Part shown: in pieces, positions 39,952 through 50,063 of the stretch
Numbering within the stretch: the first letter of the stretch is position 1
Layout: every line of letters begins with the position of its first letter
DNA from: Candidatus Woesebacteria bacterium RIFCSPLOWO2_01_FULL_39_23
Lineage (GTDB): Bacteria > Patescibacteriota > Microgenomatia > UBA8517
NCBI GenBank assembly: GCA_001793095.1
Contig: MGHG01000004.1
Location: 7,542 to 71,541, forward strand
Reading direction: 5' to 3'
DNA length: 64,000 nt
The notes under the pieces: generated by a model
The model's database searches: none
Seen by the model: the letters and a program-made list of their open reading frames with translations, nothing else
What the model was told of the DNA's origin: nothing
Program-made: the position numbers and the translations under genes

Positions 39952-40626
39952 TTAACGTTCTATTTGCAAACTTAGATTGACGCCGTCATATGTAAAGACA
40001 AATTTTACGGTATCTTGAAGGGTATTTTCGATGTATAGGTTTTGTCTTCCGCTTGTTTCAAACGATCCCGGCAAATTATATATGGAAACACCGTATTCTT
40101 TCGGGACATCGTTAATACGGGCAAAATCGTGGTTTGTAGGCGCATTGGAAGTTAATCCTGCGTCTTTTGCAGCCCAATGAATAAGGGAAGCAAGGTGGCA
40201 GACTCCGTCTCCTGTTAAATAGCCGTCGGATTTAAAACCATCCTGATAGTTAAAATGAGCATTTGTAGTCTTAACAACGTTTTTGTTGTAGGCTGATAAT
40301 ATTTGATCGTGAAAAGCAAAGCTCTCTCCGGGTTTTAAAGAAAATTCAATAATCTTCGGAGAAGCAACTTTTTCCCAGCTTATTTCAGACTTACTTTTAA
40401 CCTCGCCGCTTAAATAGCTTAAGGTAAGAAGTATATTATCCTTAAAGACATCATTGACCATTTTATTGTTATATCTATTTTCGAGTGATATAGATTTGGC
40501 AGATAAAACATTTGAACGCGCAATTGTTACATATCCGGAGGGGTAGACCACAGGAATGTCAACCGGATTTAAAACCGGATTCGCGATTGATAAAGCAGCA
40601 AACGGATAAAAGAAAAAATTAAGCAT
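39952..40626 (-). CDS. VanW-like protein
   Basis: GDGVCHLASLIHWAA resembles VanW GGGVCQVSSTLYNA; N-terminal hydrophobic segment. Confidence 0.45.
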   Translation of the reverse strand: MLNFFFYPFAALSIANPVLNPVDIPVVYPSGYVTIARSNVLSAKSISLENRYNNKMVNDVFKDNILLTLSYLSGEVKSKSEISWEKVASPKIIEFSLKPGESFAFHDQILSAYNKNVVKTTNAHFNYQDGFKSDGYLTGDGVCHLASLIHWAAKDAGLTSNAPTNHDFARINDVPKEYGVSIYNLPGSFETSGRQNLYIENTLQDTVKFVFTYDGVNLSLQIER

Positions 40627-40734
40627 ATATAAAAAAAGTTCCCTTGAAAGGGAACTATAGCGAAATTATATCATATTATAGGTCGTATTTCAAATTAACA
40701 TGGATTTAATTGCAGATTTTTGCTAGTCTGAAAT

Positions 40735-41430
40735 ATGGTACGTAAAGTAACCAGGACACCTCTTTTTCTTTATCTCGGAATTTTCATAGCAGCAATGAGC
40801 TTAGTATTTTTTATATTGCATAAATCCGTTAAAAATATACCGTGTGCAAACACATTAAGCTGCAAAGAGAGTTTAGAGTTAAGCGTTAATAATGATGAGC
40901 AGGCCGTATTTAATGCGGAAAAAATTGATCCACCGAAAATTGATCTCCTGGCCAGCTCTGAGGAAAAGAAAGTATTGGGAATCGAAAGTAGTACTGGCGA
41001 TAAGCATATTTATGTCGATCTCGGAACTCAAACCCTTAAGGCTTACGAAGGGGAAACTTTATTTTTAGAAACTAAAATTTCCTCGGGTAAATGGTTTCCG
41101 ACGCCGACAGGGGATTTTAAAATCTGGAGAAAGGTGCGCTCGACGAAAATGTCCGGCGGCCAGGGAGCTGACTATTATTATTTGCCGAATGTTCCATACG
41201 TGATGTTTTTTTCTAATTCGGTAGTTGCAGGGTCGCGCGGATTCAGCCTGCATGGCACTTACTGGCATAATAATTTCGGCCATCCAATGAGTCATGGTTG
41301 TGTAAATATGAGGACGATTGACGCTCAAAAGATATTTTACTGGACAGATCCCCCTCCGAACGAAGACGAGTCGGTACCTACGGAGAATACGCCTGACGTC
41401 CTAATAACTATATATGGAGAAGCGCCGTAA
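40735..41430 (+). CDS. L,D-transpeptidase (YkuD domain)
   Basis: FSLHGTYWHNNFGHPMSHGCVNM contains the H...SHGC catalytic motif; N-terminal TM anchor. Confidence 0.8.
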   Translation: MVRKVTRTPLFLYLGIFIAAMSLVFFILHKSVKNIPCANTLSCKESLELSVNNDEQAVFNAEKIDPPKIDLLASSEEKKVLGIESSTGDKHIYVDLGTQTLKAYEGETLFLETKISSGKWFPTPTGDFKIWRKVRSTKMSGGQGADYYYLPNVPYVMFFSNSVVAGSRGFSLHGTYWHNNFGHPMSHGCVNMRTIDAQKIFYWTDPPPNEDESVPTENTPDVLITIYGEAP

Positions 41431-42046
41431 TACATTTTTCCTAACGTTAATTTTAGTTGGCACCTTGATAACTGCGGGTTTAGTTTTTTGGAGTTCGTTT
41501 AGGGTAAAAACGAGTTCAACTCCAACTGAGAGTCTTGCGGCAAATTCGAATACGTTAGTGGTTTCGGAAACGGAAACGAAGGAGGAAGTTTTAGCTCCTA
41601 ACGGAAAAATGACTTTGATTTTGAGAAATGTGAAGAAAGCGGACGGAACGACTGCGCAAACGTTTTCCGTAATCAGTGAGGACGAAGTAACTCCGCTTCA
41701 GATTTATACACTAAATTCAGGTACGGATAATAGTATTTCGATTCCGTTTAACACGTTTTCTCCTGACAATAAATTCATTTTTCTGAAAAAAGGGCAAAGT
41801 GAAAAATCTGAGTATATGGTTCTCCGAACAGACGGGAAAAATATCAAAGGCGAGGATAAGACCGTAGAATTTACTAGCCTGTTTTACGAAAAGTATCCGG
41901 AGTTTGTAATTACCGATGTGACGGGGTGGGGGGGAACGGGGTTGATTGTGGTAAATAGCAATTACTTAGACGGAAAAATGGGTCCGTCATTCTGGTTTGA
42001 TCTTTCCGGCTTTTCTTTTATCCGTCTCTCTACAAAATTTAATTAG
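41414..42046 (+). CDS. hypothetical secreted/membrane-anchored protein
   Basis: Signal anchor FFLTLILVGTLITAGLVFW. Confidence 0.35.
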   Translation: MEKRRNTFFLTLILVGTLITAGLVFWSSFRVKTSSTPTESLAANSNTLVVSETETKEEVLAPNGKMTLILRNVKKADGTTAQTFSVISEDEVTPLQIYTLNSGTDNSISIPFNTFSPDNKFIFLKKGQSEKSEYMVLRTDGKNIKGEDKTVEFTSLFYEKYPEFVITDVTGWGGTGLIVVNSNYLDGKMGPSFWFDLSGFSFIRLSTKFN

Positions 42047-42071
42047 TTGAAAAAAGTTATATAATTATTAT

Positions 42072-43244
42072 ATGTACAAATTATTGACCACGCTTTCAAT
42101 TTTTGTTTCTCTTTTCTTTTTCCTGTTAACTTCAGATGCGTCGGCAAAAGTGGCGACCATGAAGAAAGGGGCTGTTGAAATTACCAAAGACGAGATTATA
42201 AATGATGATCTTTTTGTATTTGCCGAAACACTAGATATAGAGGGAACAATAAACGGAGATGTGTATGCGGGAGGTGAAACGGTTCGGATTAACGGCACGA
42301 TAAACGGCGACCTGCACGTCGGAACGGGCACATTTTATTTAGGAGGAAAAGTACGTGATGATGTATATGCGGGTGCGGGAAGTGTTACTGTAAGCGGGGC
42401 GGAAATCGGCGACTCGTTATTGGTCGGGTCAGGGAGTGTAACTATCGACGAAAGTTCTACAATTGGCGGATCTATTCTGGCGGGTGCCGGATCAATTTCT
42501 ATTTATGCTCCGGTAAAGAGGAATGTAATGGTGGGGGCGGGGACGGTTGATTTGAATTCGGAGGTGGGTGGGGAGGTAAGGTTAGCGGCTGGGACGATCA
42601 CACTTGGTCCGGCTACTAAAATTGGAAAAGATTTTTACTACGCTCTTGGAGAAGGAGGCCATGATTTGAGGATGTCTGAGAGCGCGAGCGTATCCGGCAG
42701 GATACAAAAACTGGAGCCCAAACTGACAGACAAAGACATTGAAGCGGCTAAAACCGGACTTGCGTCGGCGTTTAAGACTGTAAATATTGTCGTATTTGTA
42801 CTGTCACTGATCGGTGCTTATATCGTTGGATATCTGTGCCTTAAATTTTTCCCGAAACAGTTTACGGAAACAGCTGATCTTGTTTCGAAATCGTTTATCA
42901 AAACGGTCGGTGTTGGGTTTTTGGTAACTCTGCTTCTTATCCCTACCCTTTTACTCTTGGCTTTGACGGGAGTGGGAATTCCTCTCGCAGGGCTGATGCT
43001 ACTTATTTTTATCCAGTTCTTTTATCTCGCGAAGATAGTTGTTAGCCTGTCTTTTGGAAAATGGCTAAGCGCGAGATTCGGTCGGGATAACATGACTGGC
43101 TACGGTACTTTAGCGGTTGGTCTAACGGGTATCTATTTACTTAAGATAATCCCGGTTTTTGGTTTTTTCTTGGCATTAATAGTACTTTGGAGCGGCCTCG
43201 GAGCTTTAGTAATGTATTCCAAAACCTCCCTGACTTCAAAATAA
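42072..43244 (+). CDS. bactofilin-like beta-helix repeat protein with signal peptide and C-terminal polytopic membrane domain
   Basis: Signal peptide LSIFVSLFFFLLTSDASA; repeated G-x-V/I segments (INGDVYAGGETVRINGTINGDLHVGTGTFYLGG...VGSGSVTIDE...AGAGSISIYA...VGAGTVDLNS) typical of bactofilin/CcmA beta-helix; 4-5 C-terminal TM helices. Confidence 0.45.
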   Translation: MYKLLTTLSIFVSLFFFLLTSDASAKVATMKKGAVEITKDEIINDDLFVFAETLDIEGTINGDVYAGGETVRINGTINGDLHVGTGTFYLGGKVRDDVYAGAGSVTVSGAEIGDSLLVGSGSVTIDESSTIGGSILAGAGSISIYAPVKRNVMVGAGTVDLNSEVGGEVRLAAGTITLGPATKIGKDFYYALGEGGHDLRMSESASVSGRIQKLEPKLTDKDIEAAKTGLASAFKTVNIVVFVLSLIGAYIVGYLCLKFFPKQFTETADLVSKSFIKTVGVGFLVTLLLIPTLLLLALTGVGIPLAGLMLLIFIQFFYLAKIVVSLSFGKWLSARFGRDNMTGYGTLAVGLTGIYLLKIIPVFGFFLALIVLWSGLGALVMYSKTSLTSK

Positions 43245-44150
43245 GTTTGCGGACCAAGGTGGGTACGATAGTGGGGTAGTATTTGTTGCTGATATAAAGG
43301 CATTAAAGCAATTGCTTGATAATAATAGGGAGGTGTTAGTAAAGTCAGGTTGGCCAACAAATCCTAGAGGATTCATTACTAGACTTATGGACGAAGACGC
43401 CCCCGGTAATGCAGAGCTGTTTGATTTAATTGCCGATGCATACGGAGACGACTATAATCGCGGGAGGTCTGATTTACCGTTAGTTAAACGGCTTAACTAC
43501 AAGCTTGAAAAGTATAATTTTTAGAGTAAATTTAGAGAAGTTAAAGTCACATGCCAAACACACCGGAAAATAGTAATTATCCATACCCGGAAAATTGAGG
43601 CTGCGCTTATGCCGGTTCGGATGGGGAGCAGTGTGCCGTAACCGGTTGCTGGGTAAAAGCGATGTTGGAAAACCTTAAGGACCAAAGACATGTTCCTGGC
43701 TACAAAAATAGAGTTAAAAAATTTAAAATGGAAGCACGTTCTCACGGCTGTAAAAATGTGTAATAACACATACATTTTTAAAAAAAATAACGGTTCCTTT
43801 GCATTTTCATAGTACAATATTGTTGTTGTGGAAAGGTCAAACAGAATTCCGCTTGATGAAGAGTTTGCAGGGCAGTTAGATGCTAACTGCGGTGTTTGCA
43901 TGAGGGGAATCATAGACAATACTCCACAACTAGAGACTATTAAAGCAAGAATACCCTCAACTACCGGCGAGGAAAAAGCATTAGCGGGTTTAAATGCACA
44001 ATGTTTAAGGTGTTTTGAAAATGGCGGGAACCATTTAGATGCTATTACTACAATCTCATCCTGCCATTGGCGTGCGGGTATTAAGTAAATATTAGTTTAA
44101 CCTCTAAAATAATTCGAGTTTTTTCAAATTCATAGTAATATATAAAAAGG

Positions 44151-44750
44151 ATGACTAAGCTAATTTTGATAAGACATGGAGAGACAAGTATAAATGTTGC
44201 GAGCTTGCTTCACTCAAGAAACGATCCTGAAAAATTAACACCTAAAGGAATAAAGCAAATTGAGAAAACTGCTAAGGTGCTAAAAGACATGCATTTATCC
44301 GCGCTTTTCGTATCAAATGAAAAAAGAGCATTGGAAAGTGCTGAAATAATTTCTAAAGCATGTGGTATTCCTTTAAAACAGATTTCAGGATTGGAAGAAA
44401 GAAACTGGGGTAAGTTTTCGGGAAAAACCTGGAAAGAAATTCAAAAAGTTCTAGACCCGATGAGTATAGAAGAAAGATATACTTACATTCCTCCGAACGG
44501 TGAATCCTGGAAAGAGTTTGAAGCAAGATTAATCAGCGCGATAGAAAGTATTGTCAAAAAGAATGGGGGAGGGGTAATTGCCGTTGTAACACAGGGAGGA
44601 TCAATTAGAGCGTTAATGCCGTATCTGCTCGGAGTTCCCAAGGAGATAAGTTTCAAGTACGATCCCGGCAATGCTTCATTAACAATATTTGAATATAAAA
44701 AGGGAAAGTATACGAATATAATTCTCAACGACACAAATCACCTCAAGTGA
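44151..44750 (+). CDS. histidine phosphatase family protein (phosphoglycerate mutase-like)
   Basis: LILIRHGET catalytic RHG motif. Confidence 0.75.
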   Translation: MTKLILIRHGETSINVASLLHSRNDPEKLTPKGIKQIEKTAKVLKDMHLSALFVSNEKRALESAEIISKACGIPLKQISGLEERNWGKFSGKTWKEIQKVLDPMSIEERYTYIPPNGESWKEFEARLISAIESIVKKNGGGVIAVVTQGGSIRALMPYLLGVPKEISFKYDPGNASLTIFEYKKGKYTNIILNDTNHLK

Positions 44751-44772
44751 AATTATATAGTATAATTAGTTC

Positions 44773-45147
44773 ATGGTTGAGAGCGAAATAAATTACGATT
44801 TGTTACCAAGATACTCGCGAGATAGAGCAACGAGACTTGTGGCTACTTTAGTGAAAGAAGCACTAAACGAGCAATCTAGTGAAGTATTTATCGATGGGGT
44901 TGAAGTTGCAATAAGGTTTTTTCCTGAAACATTTAAAAGTTTCGCGGAGAGAACACAAGCCAATAGTTTTATACACGAATTACTCGAAGAATGGGACGTA
45001 GATTCTTATAGTGATATTGTGCCTTTTAATTTAAGTAGAGAAGAGAGAGATATGTTTGTCTTTTGCGGAGGAGGCGTAAATGAAGAGACGGGTATAAAGT
45101 TAAAGAACTTTTTCCACGATCCGAATTATAGTTCCAAGGCCGAATAG
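44773..45147 (+). CDS. hypothetical protein
   Basis: 124-aa ORF. Confidence 0.3.
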   Translation: MVESEINYDLLPRYSRDRATRLVATLVKEALNEQSSEVFIDGVEVAIRFFPETFKSFAERTQANSFIHELLEEWDVDSYSDIVPFNLSREERDMFVFCGGGVNEETGIKLKNFFHDPNYSSKAE

Positions 45148-45160
45148 AATTTTCAAAATA

Positions 45161-45787
45161 ATGAATAATCTTCCCAATTTCCGATTTTTCCATAACAAGA
45201 ATGCTGATACTTTAGATATTGTTTTAAACGGCGCCGACTACGATATGGATTCGGATTTTATGGTTAAAATATTCGAAATCAGTAAAAAGGCAGGTAAAAG
45301 TGTAGTGACTTTTAATTTTCCTTTTCAGGATAGGGGAGAAGAAAGCTCTTCTGGTGAGACTATGCCGGAGGAAACGGAAGCGTTAAAAAGTGTAATGAAC
45401 TTTTGTCATTCGAAAGATTATAAAAATATTAGATTTATCGGTAAATCCTTGGGAGCGATATTGGCAACGCTTTTTCTTAATAATATTAAAGATGTTGAAA
45501 AATATTCTTTAATTATTTTAGGAACTCCCTTGAAATATTTTCCAAAAATTTCTTTTACCGGTAATATTTATGTAATTCAGGGAGAAAACGACAAGAACGG
45601 GGGAGTAAAAGAAGTAAAAGAAGCGTTTAACAATTTAGATCAAAATAAAATTAAATATTTTGAAATTCCCGGAGCAGATCACAGTTTCCGTGATCCAGAA
45701 ACAAAAGACCCCATTTTTCAGGAAAAAGCTTTAGAAATTCTTTCGACAATTAAAAAAATTCTTCAAAATAGAAAATCTGCAAATTAA
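45161..45787 (+). CDS. alpha/beta hydrolase fold protein
   Basis: GKSLG (GxSxG) nucleophile elbow; C-terminal GADHSF. Confidence 0.5.
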   Translation: MNNLPNFRFFHNKNADTLDIVLNGADYDMDSDFMVKIFEISKKAGKSVVTFNFPFQDRGEESSSGETMPEETEALKSVMNFCHSKDYKNIRFIGKSLGAILATLFLNNIKDVEKYSLIILGTPLKYFPKISFTGNIYVIQGENDKNGGVKEVKEAFNNLDQNKIKYFEIPGADHSFRDPETKDPIFQEKALEILSTIKKILQNRKSAN

Positions 45788-45834
45788 CTGCTCATAATAT
45801 TTTAGAGTACAATACTTCTAGATAATTTATATCG

Positions 45835-46569
45835 ATGTCGAATGAACAAAAAGAATGGTGGACTATAAGGTTACCAATCGGTAAAAAGGAAAAAAATCCA
45901 CAACCACATATTGGTGGATTTAAAATGAAAGAAACGATCTTCCTTCCGCCTTCTAACTTTTTAGATAATTTATCAAGTTATTTTCATGAAGCAGGTCGTA
46001 TTATCGGAGAGACAATGTCATTTAGCGATGGGTCTGTACTTTTACCTGATGAAGCTAAGATCGCTAAGCTGCCTCTTAATTTTCAAGAACGTTTACGAAT
46101 ACTTAAACACATAGTAGGTAAACAGGATAAAGCAATGGATTCGTTTGAAGAAAGTGTCGCCAGTAAGATATTGCATTTATATACCAAAGGCAATTATCCC
46201 TTGGATAGAATTAAGTTAATAAATTTAAATCACGTTCAGTTTCAAAAATTTTTAGAACATTTAGCTAAAGATCAGGAACCAAACGATGTTTATGAAGTAG
46301 ACAAACAAGGCAATTTGTTCCCTAAATCTACAGATCGAGGTTTTTTAATTGAATTACCAGCTTACGCGGTAGAAATTGCTGGTATGACAATACTCTCAAA
46401 TAGTTTTTCCTCGGCTGATTTTAAATTCAAAGTTATTGAAGGTAAAACAGAAGGCTCGCACGATCGGGCTTTGAGCGAGGTATTAGTGGCTTATAAAGAA
46501 ACAGGAAGAATTTTACCGTCAGCCTTGGATTATCAACGATTTACCGAACACCATCAAATACATAGATAA
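45835..46569 (+). CDS. hypothetical protein
   Basis: 244-aa ORF. Confidence 0.35.
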   Translation: MSNEQKEWWTIRLPIGKKEKNPQPHIGGFKMKETIFLPPSNFLDNLSSYFHEAGRIIGETMSFSDGSVLLPDEAKIAKLPLNFQERLRILKHIVGKQDKAMDSFEESVASKILHLYTKGNYPLDRIKLINLNHVQFQKFLEHLAKDQEPNDVYEVDKQGNLFPKSTDRGFLIELPAYAVEIAGMTILSNSFSSADFKFKVIEGKTEGSHDRALSEVLVAYKETGRILPSALDYQRFTEHHQIHR

Positions 46570-46670
46570 GGTAAAGAATTAAGTTTTTACGGAGGCGGAT
46601 TCAGAAAAGTTAAAAAAGAATTTGCCTTTCGCTAATGTAAGCGGGTATACTGCATCAATAATTTACCTTT

Positions 46671-46689
46671 GACAGGGGTAACCCCTGTC
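46671..46689. repeat. 19-nt perfect palindrome GACAGGGGTAACCCCTGTC, copy 2 (intergenic, terminator-like context)
   Basis: Read directly; followed by acatatttt; 100 nt downstream of the preceding gene. Confidence 0.9.
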
Positions 46690-46815
46690 ACATATTTTCG
46701 CGTGAAACAGAAATTATATTCCATCTGCAGAAGTAAATAAATTTACAGCTTCATTTTATTTTTCACTTCACTGCTTGGGGAAGAAAAAAGATAGTAATTT
46801 AGATTTAAATACCTC

Positions 46816-46844
46816 TTGACACTGACTATATAGTCAGTAATAAT
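46816..46844 (+). promoter_or_regulatory. candidate sigma70-type promoter (TTGACA...TAATAAT) with an embedded 18-bp perfect palindrome ACTGACTATATAGTCAGT (46821-46838), putative LexA operator
   Basis: Read directly; ATG of lexA at 46851, suggesting a near-leaderless transcript. Confidence 0.45.
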
Positions 46845-46850
46845 TGGTTT

Positions 46851-47468
46851 ATGTCAAGTCTCAACGTTCTAACTAAAAGACAGGAGCAGGTATTGAAATT
46901 TATTTATACATCCATTAAGAGTTCCGGGTACCCTCCCACGCTTGCGGATTTAAGAGAAGAACTGGATGTGTCTTCAAACCAAGCTGTATTAGATTTTTTA
47001 AAAATTCTAGAAAATAAGAAACTTATAAAAAAGGAAGAAGGTGCTGCAAGAGGATTGAAAATATTAAAAAAAGGTTTTGAAGTTTTAGGAGTAAAAACTT
47101 TGATTCCATCGCTGGGAATTGTAGCAGCGGGACCTTTCAAATATTCGATGGAGGATCTTGAATGGAAAGAATTTGGAGATGCAAAAATAACCGATGATAT
47201 CTTCTTGGCAAAAATTAGTGGAGATTCGATGATTGGTGCAGGACTTGCGGATGGCGATCATGTAATAATACAAAAATCTCAAGAATTTAGAAATGGAGAG
47301 ATAGTGTTGGCTCGAGATAATAATGAAATGACTATCAAAACATTAGTGAGTGATAATGGTCGCTCATATTTAAAACCTGAGAACCCAAAATACAAAAATA
47401 TCCCAATCTACCCTGAAACTAGACTTATAGGAAAGGTAATTGGTAAAATTGGCGGGAAGAGAAAATAG
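46851..47468 (+). CDS. lexA: LexA repressor (S24 peptidase)
   Basis: N-terminal wHTH YPPTLADLREELDVSSNQAVLDFLKILENKKLIKK; cleavage-site region GIVAAGPF (Ala-Gly); Ser in GDSM and Lys in EMTIKTL. Confidence 0.8.
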   Translation: MSSLNVLTKRQEQVLKFIYTSIKSSGYPPTLADLREELDVSSNQAVLDFLKILENKKLIKKEEGAARGLKILKKGFEVLGVKTLIPSLGIVAAGPFKYSMEDLEWKEFGDAKITDDIFLAKISGDSMIGAGLADGDHVIIQKSQEFRNGEIVLARDNNEMTIKTLVSDNGRSYLKPENPKYKNIPIYPETRLIGKVIGKIGGKRK

Positions 47469-47470
47469 AT

Positions 47471-49414
47471 ATGGACAAGAGTGTAACTTCATATACAATC
47501 AATAAAATATTTAAGGACCCCAATTTGCAATTCGGACTCACAGAATTTGAAACGATTAAACCTTCAGAAGCGTTAGATATTTTTGAAAAGGAAAAGGGTA
47601 AATATTATCTTAAATGTTTAAAAAGAAACACAGATTTATTGGTTTGGAATGAAGAGAAGCGAGTGGGTGAACCCGAAGAAATAATCAGACAGCTTTGGTT
47701 ATATAAGTTAACCAAGTATTATAATTATCCCCTCGATAGAATTGCTGTTGAAAAAGAAGTGAATTTCGGCCGTGAAGTTCACGAAAAAGCCGCAGACATA
47801 ATCGTTTTTGATAAAGATAAGGAAACACCTGATATAGTTTTAGAAATAAAAAGCCCAGAAGCAAAAGATGGTTTGGAGCAAGTGAAAAGTTACCTTAATG
47901 CGGAAGGCGCATCTATCGGAGTATTAACGAACGGAATAATCAAAGTAATATTATATAGGCCATACCCCCATCAATTTGAAAATACACTTCGCGATATTCC
48001 AAGAATAGGCCAGACGATCGAAGATGTTCAGGAGGCTAAACTTACATTAGACCAACTTGAAAGAAAATACGATCTGGTAGCCATAATAAAAATTCTGGAA
48101 GAACTTGTCTTAGCGGGCGCGGGCGTAGACTCTTTTAATGAAATTTTCAAATTAATTTATGCAAAACTTTACGATGAAAAATATGCGAGAGATAGACACG
48201 GAGAACTTCTTTTCAGACAATCTTCCGAGGCCAGAATTACTTATGATAATATCGAGCGTCTATTTGAAAAGGCAACACAAGAATGGCCCGGAATGTTCAT
48301 CTCCGGTGAAAAAATTCTACTTTCACCTACTCATCTTTCTGTCTGCGTTGGAAATTTGGAAAAAATTAAACTTCTTGATGCGGAGTTAACAATAATAGAT
48401 AGAGCTTTTGAGTATTTACTTCCCGACGTTGCTAAAGGAAAGAGAGGCCAGTATTTTACTCCCAGACACGTTATTGATATGGCTGTAAAAATGCTTAATC
48501 CCAAAGAGGAAGAATATGTAATTGATCCCGCTTCAGGCTCAGGCGGGTTTTTAATTCATACTATGCAATGGGTGTGGGATAAACATATGTCTGAAAAATC
48601 ACACGAAACACAAATCGATTATGCAAAAACTCACGTTTACGGAATAGATTTTGATGATAAACCGGTTAAAATTTCGCGTGCATTAATGCTTATTGCCGGA
48701 GACGGTAAATCCCACATTTTTAAACTTAATTCCTTAAATCCCAAAGAGTGGATGGGAGAGGAGGGAGAAAAAGAAAAAGCAAGAGCGGAGCTTAGAGAAA
48801 GGCTGTATAAATTTAATGATTATGATAGGGACAGAGATAACGAAGAAAATTTCAGGAGTTTTGCATTCGACATGCTTTTAACCAATCCTCCATTTGCAGG
48901 CGAGATTATAGACCGTACGATTTTAAATATTTACGAACTGGCTAAAAACGACAAAGGAAAGTTAAGAAATAAAATGGAACGGCACATCTTGTTTATTGAA
49001 CGAGCGCTAAATTTGATAAAACCCGGAGGAAGATTAGCAATTGTTTTACCCCAGGGAGTTTTAAATAACACTAATATGGAATATATAAGAAACTGGCTTT
49101 TTAATAAAGCTAGAATTCTAGCTGTCGTAGGTTTGCATGTTAATACTTTTAAACCCCACACAGGAACTAAAACGTCGGTATTATTTTTGCAGAAGTGGAT
49201 AGAAAAAGAAGAACCACCCAAAGATTACTCCATATTTATGGCAGTTTCCAAAAAAAGTGGTAAAGACAAGAGTGGTGATTATGTATTTGTAAAAGACGAA
49301 AGTGGTCAATTTGCACTTGATGCAAAAGGAAATTTAAAAATTGACCACGACCTTGACGAAATCGCAAATAAGTTTATTGATTTCGCAAAGAAAGAAAGCT
49401 TCAATTTTTGGTGA
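47471..49414 (+). CDS. restriction-modification fusion protein: N-terminal PD-(D/E)xK nuclease-like domain plus gamma-class N6-adenine DNA methyltransferase (BcgI-A-like / Type IIB-IIG-like)
   Basis: N-terminal ADIIVFDKDKETPDIVLEIKSPE (D...EIK); MTase motif I VIDPASGSGGFL and motif IV LLTNPPFAG; starts 2 nt after the lexA stop. Confidence 0.7.
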   Translation: MDKSVTSYTINKIFKDPNLQFGLTEFETIKPSEALDIFEKEKGKYYLKCLKRNTDLLVWNEEKRVGEPEEIIRQLWLYKLTKYYNYPLDRIAVEKEVNFGREVHEKAADIIVFDKDKETPDIVLEIKSPEAKDGLEQVKSYLNAEGASIGVLTNGIIKVILYRPYPHQFENTLRDIPRIGQTIEDVQEAKLTLDQLERKYDLVAIIKILEELVLAGAGVDSFNEIFKLIYAKLYDEKYARDRHGELLFRQSSEARITYDNIERLFEKATQEWPGMFISGEKILLSPTHLSVCVGNLEKIKLLDAELTIIDRAFEYLLPDVAKGKRGQYFTPRHVIDMAVKMLNPKEEEYVIDPASGSGGFLIHTMQWVWDKHMSEKSHETQIDYAKTHVYGIDFDDKPVKISRALMLIAGDGKSHIFKLNSLNPKEWMGEEGEKEKARAELRERLYKFNDYDRDRDNEENFRSFAFDMLLTNPPFAGEIIDRTILNIYELAKNDKGKLRNKMERHILFIERALNLIKPGGRLAIVLPQGVLNNTNMEYIRNWLFNKARILAVVGLHVNTFKPHTGTKTSVLFLQKWIEKEEPPKDYSIFMAVSKKSGKDKSGDYVFVKDESGQFALDAKGNLKIDHDLDEIANKFIDFAKKESFNFW

Positions 49415-49418
49415 TAGT

Positions 49419-50063
49419 ATGAAAAAACTTTCTCAACCTACTCGTAAAGAATATAAAATGCCGCGTCTGTACCTTGATGATTTGGAAAAAATAGAAGAGA
49501 TCATCAAAGAAGTTAAACCTAAAGACTATAAAATTAAGTTCAGAGGTTATGAATATGATGAGCTTACAGAAGTTCCAAAGGACTCTGAATCTACAGAATT
49601 TCATTTACAAACATACGATCCATTTTTAAGTTTAGATTTAGACAATGGACATGCGAGTCTTTATATGTCCGATGATAACGTGACATCTAGAGGAATTTTT
49701 TCAAAGGTTGACGAAATAATTCTTAAAAGAGAAAGAAAAGTATTATGGTTATTTGGTCAATTAGCGGTCTGGATAGCGGCACCGATATTTCTCGGTTTCA
49801 TTCTCGTTTCGATAAAATTACTGAGAATGGATATTTTCAACATTAAAGGTTTGTCGTTTTTGATCTTAGCCTTATTAAGTGCCTATTGGTGGTATTTTTC
49901 TTTTCAGCTTAGTATGAAAAGTTTTTCTAAAATTGAGTTATGGAAAGAGAAAGATAAATTTAATTTCTTTCTGAGAAATAAAGATCAAATAATATTACTA
50001 GTTTTGGGGGCTTTTCTTGGTGCAATCGCAACGGTATTTTTAGAAAGGATATTTATTAAATGA
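49419..50063 (+). CDS. small membrane protein (about 3 TM helices) embedded in the RM operon
   Basis: VLWLFGQLAVWIAAPIFLGFILVSIKLL, LSFLILALLSAYWWYFSF, IILLVLGAFLGAIATVFL; stop overlaps the start of the specificity gene (ATGA). Confidence 0.4.
   Translation: MKKLSQPTRKEYKMPRLYLDDLEKIEEIIKEVKPKDYKIKFRGYEYDELTEVPKDSESTEFHLQTYDPFLSLDLDNGHASLYMSDDNVTSRGIFSKVDEIILKRERKVLWLFGQLAVWIAAPIFLGFILVSIKLLRMDIFNIKGLSFLILALLSAYWWYFSFQLSMKSFSKIELWKEKDKFNFFLRNKDQIILLVLGAFLGAIATVFLERIFIK

Noticed and set aside
43521-43919. Track ORF (132 aa, minus) and small ORFs 43312-43524 and 43828-44088
   Set aside because: No motifs and odd composition, overlapping a possibly structured GC-rich intergenic segment; insufficient support to call as genes.
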